Of a stretch of 64,000 bases of DNA, positions 58,767-64,000 are shown piece by piece; position 1 is the first letter of the stretch; each line of letters starts with the position of its first letter. The notes beneath the pieces are model-generated. The model saw nothing but the letters and a program-made list of their open reading frames with translations. It was not told the origin of the DNA and did not search any database. The translations under genes were made by a program, and so were the position numbers. The DNA is from Bacteriovoracaceae bacterium (GTDB taxonomy: Bacteria > Bdellovibrionota > Bacteriovoracia > Bacteriovoracales > Bacteriovoracaceae): NCBI GenBank assembly GCA_048270185.1, contig JBLWTJ010000004.1, positions 1-64,000 on the forward strand, in the 5' to 3' direction.

Positions 58767-60270
58767 TTTTAATTTCCTTAAGTACTAAGAAGTTTCCATT
58801 TGGATAAATGCCTTTAAGTTCAATACATTTATTCATGACCCAAATGACATCAGGGTGCCAAAGACTAATATATGGATATTCATTATTAACCACAATATTG
58901 GCCTTCTTATAGAGCTCAACTTCTTTCTTCTTATTTATAGTATGCTCAGCTTTAATAATCAGATTATCGAACTCTTTATTATCAAAAAAGACACGATTTG
59001 CACCCTTTGGGGGCATTTTTTCAGAGTAAAAAGCGAACTTAAGCATATCTTGTCCTGTAAATCCAACCCAACGGCCTAAATACAGGTCATATTCACCGCG
59101 TTTAATCCCTCTAAGAAAAGTACCCCACTCCTGTGGCATCACATTGATAACAAGTCCGAATTTTTCGAATTCCTCCTCAATTATTGTGACTATTTCTTGT
59201 TGAAATTTATTACTGGATGTTTTCCACGTTATACTAAACTTTTCCCCATTATTGTCATACCAAATACCATTTCGCATTTCAAAACCTGCCTTTAGAAAAA
59301 GATCGTATGCAAGTTTTGGATCATATTGATCGACAGGTTGATCGATATAGAAATTTTTAAATGATTTTGCGTATAGACCATTAGATGAGACTGCATTTCC
59401 TTTAAACTTATACTTGATAATCTTTTCTCGTGGGATCAAATGACTTAGGGCCTTTCTTACATTTACGTTAGAAAAGATTTTCTTCTTTTGATTAATACCA
59501 ATGTAGTTATAATCAGTCCCTAAAACCTTAACCACATTAACATCACTATTCTTCTGTAGGTAATTAACCTTTCGTGGTGAAATATTAGCAACAGAAAGGT
59601 CAATCTCTCCTTTTATTAACTTGAGAGATAGTGTAGTTTCATCTTTAACGACAACAAAGTTTAAGTCATTAAGACCTTTCTTAAGCGCCTTTAAATCGAT
59701 CTGAAGAGGGGCGATATTTGTTATCTTATAATCACCTGCTCCCACAATATCTTCCATTTCTACTTTCTCTAATTTTTCAAAATTAGGAATATCAATAATT
59801 TTAAAGAGCACTAAATTAGGAAGATGATCTAGGCCAAACTCCTTGTATATAAGATCAAAAGTTAAATTATCTATCACTTTAACTTCTGTGATATTTCCAA
59901 AAGCAAAACGAAAAATTGATTTAATTTTTTCCGTTTCAGTGAAGTACATATGAGACTTTTGGACATCATTTGCAGTAAGTGACTTCCCGTTTGAGAACTT
60001 AAGATTAGGCTTCAACTTAAATCGAATTTTATAACTCGTCTTTGTTCTGTACTCTTTAAATGATTCACAAAGCTGGCAGATCGGCTGCATTTCGGTGTTA
60101 AAATCAATTAGCGAGGCATTGATAAGTCGATTTATATTTTGAGAGTTTGCATCAGTGGAAAAAAACGGGCTCAAACTATTCGGTGAAGAAGAGATCGCTA
60201 TATTAATAGGTGAAGCGTAAACTATTGAAGATACGATAAAATTGAGACATAAAAAAAGAAATTTGGACAT
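58750..60270 (-). CDS. ABC transporter substrate-binding protein, family 5 (peptide/nickel)
   Basis: LKFSNGKSLTANDV, VGAGDY, NVRKALSHLIPR; signal peptide. Confidence 0.9.
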   Translation of the reverse strand: MSKFLFLCLNFIVSSIVYASPINIAISSSPNSLSPFFSTDANSQNINRLINASLIDFNTEMQPICQLCESFKEYRTKTSYKIRFKLKPNLKFSNGKSLTANDVQKSHMYFTETEKIKSIFRFAFGNITEVKVIDNLTFDLIYKEFGLDHLPNLVLFKIIDIPNFEKLEKVEMEDIVGAGDYKITNIAPLQIDLKALKKGLNDLNFVVVKDETTLSLKLIKGEIDLSVANISPRKVNYLQKNSDVNVVKVLGTDYNYIGINQKKKIFSNVNVRKALSHLIPREKIIKYKFKGNAVSSNGLYAKSFKNFYIDQPVDQYDPKLAYDLFLKAGFEMRNGIWYDNNGEKFSITWKTSSNKFQQEIVTIIEEEFEKFGLVINVMPQEWGTFLRGIKRGEYDLYLGRWVGFTGQDMLKFAFYSEKMPPKGANRVFFDNKEFDNLIIKAEHTINKKKEVELYKKANIVVNNEYPYISLWHPDVIWVMNKCIELKGIYPNGNFLVLKEIKNVCKN

Positions 60271-60385
60271 CCATAATCCCGGTAAAAGCCAACAAATGTA
60301 ATTATTATAAGATTAGCACCTCTTTTATTTGATGTGAACTCAATCTATGTTAAGTTACTGAAAACATTAAAAACAAAGGTCAATT

Positions 60386-61048
60386 ATGAAGCTCATCGGT
60401 ATCACAGGTGGATCGGGTTCAGGTAAAACTACTTTTGCCTCAAAAGTTATTTCAAGACTTCCTAAAGAGAAAGTCTCAATGTTATCGATGGATTCTTATT
60501 ATCTTCAAGACCAGCCTAAGGAGCATTTTACAAAATCAGGACGTCCCAATTACGATCATCCTGAAGCTTTTGATTGGGAATTATTAATCAAGCATATCGC
60601 AATGTTGAAAGATGGCAATGCCATTGAAGTTCCAATCTACGACTTTAAAACGAGCTCTCGTCTAAAGGAGACAACAACTCTTAAGCCAATGCCAGTTATA
60701 CTGTTTGAAGGTATCTTCACTATTTTTAATCAACAAATCAGAGATATGCTTGATATAAAATGCTTCCTCCATGTCGAAGCCGATATCCGATTCACAAGAC
60801 GTCTTAATCGAGATGTTGCAGAAAGAGGAAGAAGTCTAGAAAGTGTTATCAATCAATACTACGATAGTGTTAGGCCAATGTATGAAAAATTTCTGGCACC
60901 TCAAAGGCAGTACGCTGACTTCATTGTTGGTGAAGAAACTGATGTCGCTTCAGAAATTCTAGCCGCAAGACTTCTTCAGTTCATTGACCAGAATAAAGAG
61001 TTTGAGTTACTCTTAAACTCATCAAAAGGATCTGAATGTCAAAGCTAG
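60386..61048 (+). CDS. udk: uridine kinase
   Basis: GITGGSGSGKTT, NYDHPEAFD, RRLNRDVAERGRS. Confidence 0.96.
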   Translation: MKLIGITGGSGSGKTTFASKVISRLPKEKVSMLSMDSYYLQDQPKEHFTKSGRPNYDHPEAFDWELLIKHIAMLKDGNAIEVPIYDFKTSSRLKETTTLKPMPVILFEGIFTIFNQQIRDMLDIKCFLHVEADIRFTRRLNRDVAERGRSLESVINQYYDSVRPMYEKFLAPQRQYADFIVGEETDVASEILAARLLQFIDQNKEFELLLNSSKGSECQS

Positions 61049-62643
61049 TTATCTCGCCAATAGGTGGGGTTGGTCAAATAGGCTCTAATGCTACACTTAT
61101 AAGTTACAAAGATAATCATATTATCATTGATGCTGGAATTCTCTTTCCATACGAAGACTGTTTTGACATAAATTACTTAATTCCGGACTTATCAAAAATC
61201 GATCTTCCAATTTCACATATTATTATTACTCATGGGCACGAAGATCATATTGGGGCCATCTCTCACTATATTGAGAGGTTTCCAGAAGCCGAAGTACATG
61301 CGCCGACATTTGCAAAACAATTAATCGAAGAAAAACTTGGATACCTTAGCTTATCGAAGAAAATTCATCTTCTTTGTGAGCGACTAGAAATCGGTAATAT
61401 TCTTCTTGATACAATTCATGTCAATCACTCAATACCCAATACAAAGGGAATCCATATTGGAATAAAGGATATTGATACATCTGTCCTTTTTATCTCTGAC
61501 TTTAAGTCTGATCCATTATCTCCCTATGAAGAAGCCATTAACTTAGGAAAAATATCTGAATTAAGTAGTACATATACTCAACGAATTGCCATGCTTGATT
61601 CTACTAATATTTTGAGTTCAAATCAAAGAACGACTTCTGAAGGTGAATTACATAAAGATCTCTCTAAGTTTATCTCAGATGCTCCAGGCAGAGTTTTTCT
61701 CACTTGTTTTGCCTCTAATATTCACAGGCTTCAAACAATTTATAATATTGCAAAAGAACAAGGCTTAAAGGTCATACTGCACGGGCGCTCACTTCTCAAA
61801 TACTCACGTATTGCTATGGATTGTGAACTGCTAGATGATCATGGACTTTCAAGAGAAGCCGAGAGTGTGAAAGATCTAAAAAAGAAAAATATCATTATCT
61901 GCTCTGGAAGTCAGGGTGAGTTTAGAGGAACAGTTAAGAGAATCTCAAGTGGTAGTGATCGCTTCTTCAAGCTAGGCGATACTGATACATTTATCTTTAG
62001 CTCTAAGGCCATTCCTGGGAATGAGAAGAAACTTGCCATGCTATTTAATGAGCTTACGGACCTTGGTTGTGAAGTATTAACTCACGCAAATGGTTTAATC
62101 CATGCATCAGGACACCCAGGAAAAAATGATCTTAAAGATGTTTATAATAGTTATAAACCAACCATGGCCATTCCGATCCACGGTGAAACATTCTTTTTAA
62201 GAAAGCATTGTGAGTTCATAAATGAAATCCTTCCAGGTACCAAGGATATTGAGATAAGAAACCATGATCAAGTGATTATTTCACATGGCGGAGAATACAA
62301 AGTTAAACAAGTAGAAGAAATGCCCCCTATTCTCATTCATGGTGATCGAGTTGTCATAGAAAGAGAGAAAATCTCGGAACGACGTAAAATGGCAACACTT
62401 GGAACAGTCTTTATATCTATTGCAAGTCAAAGCCTTAAGCGTGCTGGCCAACGGGTACAAGTCTCAACGATGGGTATTCCTCATAATGAGGAGCAAATAA
62501 GTCAATTACAAGAAATTTGCTTTGATATCTTCCTTGAAAAAGGAACACTTGATCAAAGAAATGAGAAGATTCGTGTAGCTGTAAGAAGATACTTTCAAAA
62601 TATTCTCGGCTACAGGCCTTTGGCCATTGTTCATATTTGTTAA
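61036..62643 (+). CDS. rnj: ribonuclease J
   Basis: PIGGVGQIGSN, THGHEDHIG, NHSIP, FASNIHR, GSQGE, IHASGH, PIHGE. Confidence 0.96.
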   Translation: MSKLVISPIGGVGQIGSNATLISYKDNHIIIDAGILFPYEDCFDINYLIPDLSKIDLPISHIIITHGHEDHIGAISHYIERFPEAEVHAPTFAKQLIEEKLGYLSLSKKIHLLCERLEIGNILLDTIHVNHSIPNTKGIHIGIKDIDTSVLFISDFKSDPLSPYEEAINLGKISELSSTYTQRIAMLDSTNILSSNQRTTSEGELHKDLSKFISDAPGRVFLTCFASNIHRLQTIYNIAKEQGLKVILHGRSLLKYSRIAMDCELLDDHGLSREAESVKDLKKKNIIICSGSQGEFRGTVKRISSGSDRFFKLGDTDTFIFSSKAIPGNEKKLAMLFNELTDLGCEVLTHANGLIHASGHPGKNDLKDVYNSYKPTMAIPIHGETFFLRKHCEFINEILPGTKDIEIRNHDQVIISHGGEYKVKQVEEMPPILIHGDRVVIEREKISERRKMATLGTVFISIASQSLKRAGQRVQVSTMGIPHNEEQISQLQEICFDIFLEKGTLDQRNEKIRVAVRRYFQNILGYRPLAIVHIC

Positions 62644-62661
62644 GTCCATTAAAATATTCAT

Positions 62662-63177
62662 ATGGATAATTCAATCATCATCATTGCACTTCTTGCGATT
62701 ATCGCAATCGCCCTCTTTGCTCTTATCGCCATATTTGGTTATATCGCCCTTAGACGTGATCTTCAGAAAGAAGAAAGTGAAGAAGGTAAATTGACTCAAA
62801 AGATTAGCTCACTTATCGACAAGAATCGATCAACAGAAAAAATTCTTGGTTTATGCTCAATTTGCGAAAAAGAACTTATAGAAAACGATTACTTTAATGT
62901 CGAATCTCTCCATCTATGTCGTGAACACTTTAGTGTATACACCCAGAGTGAATGGGTACCAATTACCAATCAGAGAACCACAAGCGAAACGCCGGAAAAA
63001 GGTGTCTATATCTATAACTTTAAGAAAAATCTTTGGAATGATGATAAAATTCCAACGTTCATTTTATGTGAATATAAAATTGACGTTGAAAGTGACATAA
63101 TTGAAACATACGTTCAACTCCATGTTCAAAAAGAAAATGAAGCTGAACTTAGAAATAGAATTAAATTAGAAAAGTAA
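62662..63177 (+). CDS. membrane-anchored hypothetical protein with a putative zinc site
   Basis: N-terminal TM, CSIC...LCREH. Confidence 0.7.
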   Translation: MDNSIIIIALLAIIAIALFALIAIFGYIALRRDLQKEESEEGKLTQKISSLIDKNRSTEKILGLCSICEKELIENDYFNVESLHLCREHFSVYTQSEWVPITNQRTTSETPEKGVYIYNFKKNLWNDDKIPTFILCEYKIDVESDIIETYVQLHVQKENEAELRNRIKLEK

Positions 63178-63186
63178 GAGGTACTG

Positions 63187-63573
63187 ATGAATGATGTTGA
63201 AATTTTAAAAGCACAAATTAATCAAATCATGGAAGAGAATAAACCTAATGTTATCTTCGATAGTAAATATGACAGGCTAATTCGCGAGTGTGAAAAAGAA
63301 TTAACATCATCAGGACTAAGGTCAAAGGTCGCCTACTCTCTTGACTCTCTTATACCGGAAAAGAGAAATGCTAAGTTTGGTGGAGGGCAATTTGAAAGAT
63401 GGCAATATGAACTAAGTTGGCAGGACTGGGAAGGAAATTTTCGTCTAGTTCTTCGAAATATCCCACATAATAACTCTAAACTTCTTCTAACTCTTCCAGA
63501 TAATTTCAAAGAAGATTCTATTGAACTACTCGAACACTTTAAACAAAACTTAATCAAACTACTTAATCAATAA
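63187..63573 (+). CDS. hypothetical protein
   Basis: 128-aa ORF with GAGG SD, followed by a terminator. Confidence 0.7.
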   Translation: MNDVEILKAQINQIMEENKPNVIFDSKYDRLIRECEKELTSSGLRSKVAYSLDSLIPEKRNAKFGGGQFERWQYELSWQDWEGNFRLVLRNIPHNNSKLLLTLPDNFKEDSIELLEHFKQNLIKLLNQ

Positions 63574-63604
63574 AAAAAAGGGCCCTTATCGGGCCCTTCT
63601 TTTT
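63572..63604. terminator. bidirectional intrinsic terminator
   Basis: A tract, AAGGGCCC/GGGCCCTT stem, T tract; between convergent genes. Confidence 0.85.
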
Positions 63605-63635
63605 GATGTCTCCATCAATATACTCGGGGGGAATC

Positions 63636-64000
63636 CTATCGCTCTACTGGGCGAAAAGTTTCATTTCCTAGATTTTGTTCTTCTTCTTTTCTTAAATAAG
63701 AAGGAGTATCAAGTTCGTCTTCATCAAAATTAATGAACCCTAATTTTTCTGCAATCGACTTTGGTCTCTCAGATTTCTCTTGAGTTGTATGATTACCAGT
63801 CAGAGCTTTTTCATTTGCCCAAGGATCAACTTCTGTCTTAGAGGCTTCGTATTGAGAAGCCGCTTCACGAATTGAATCAGTCAAACTTGGACGTTGACCT
63901 TGATGAGTCTCATGAGAATCACCATCAAAAGCATGAGTTCTTTGGATAGTTGCTTCTTCTCTTACAGGTGCTTCATGATAAGCAGCCTGTTGTTGATAAG
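63636..64000 (-). CDS. ftsZ: cell division protein FtsZ, 3' end (linker and C-terminal peptide)
   Basis: Frame open to the window edge; low-complexity linker ending DELDTPSYLRK, matching the FtsZ D(I/T)PxFLR peptide. Confidence 0.75.
   Translation of the reverse strand, partial: YQQQAAYHEAPVREEATIQRTHAFDGDSHETHQGQRPSLTDSIREAASQYEASKTEVDPWANEKALTGNHTTQEKSERPKSIAEKLGFINFDEDELDTPSYLRKEEEQNLGNETFRPVER

Noticed and set aside
2527..63557. Many short ORFs in the track overlapping or antisense to long genes (e.g. 11163-11585, 13972-14403, 15849-16253, 22450-22833, 50890-51240)
   Set aside because: They are shadows of well-supported genes, with no motifs or RBS support.
8066..63604. Recurring GGGCCC hairpins considered as a mobile repeat family
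   Set aside because: Each sits just after a stop codon with a T tract, so they are ordinary intrinsic terminators.

Overview
AT-rich chromosomal segment. Gene content points to a predatory Bdellovibrionota bacterium, probably Halobacteriovorax/Bacteriovorax-like; this is inferred from the Myxococcus-type pil cluster, minimal ~277-aa flagellins and a long FtsZ linker. From left to right it carries: the 5' end of rplM; tamA-like, tamB and a TPR gene; efp and aroQ; a complete type IVa pilus cluster (pilQPONM, pilD, pilI/H-like ABC pair, inverted pilG-like gene, pilA, pilC, pilT, pilB); aroE and ribF; a MoxR-DUF58-Bat operon; an RlmI-like methyltransferase; an NFACT/RqcH-like gene head-to-head with mutS2; lepB, a PBP and rlmE; a DnaA-box-rich gap; a flagellar locus (fliD, fliS, fliT-like, stand-alone Maf-N, two long GT9 glycosyltransferases, kinase/regulator pair, PilZ protein, two flagellins, ADP-heptose adenylyltransferase); housekeeping genes; and the 3' end of ftsZ. 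No rRNA, tRNA, CRISPR array, transposase or prophage was seen. The best leads are a candidate split-Maf/GT9 flagellar glycosylation system, a divergent RqcH-MutS2 ribosome-rescue pair sharing one CATG, several structured RNA elements (inter-flagellin RNA, fliD leader, GGA-loop hairpins, pilA leader) and a DnaA-box cluster that does not look like oriC. All calls come from motif reading by eye; no searches were run.
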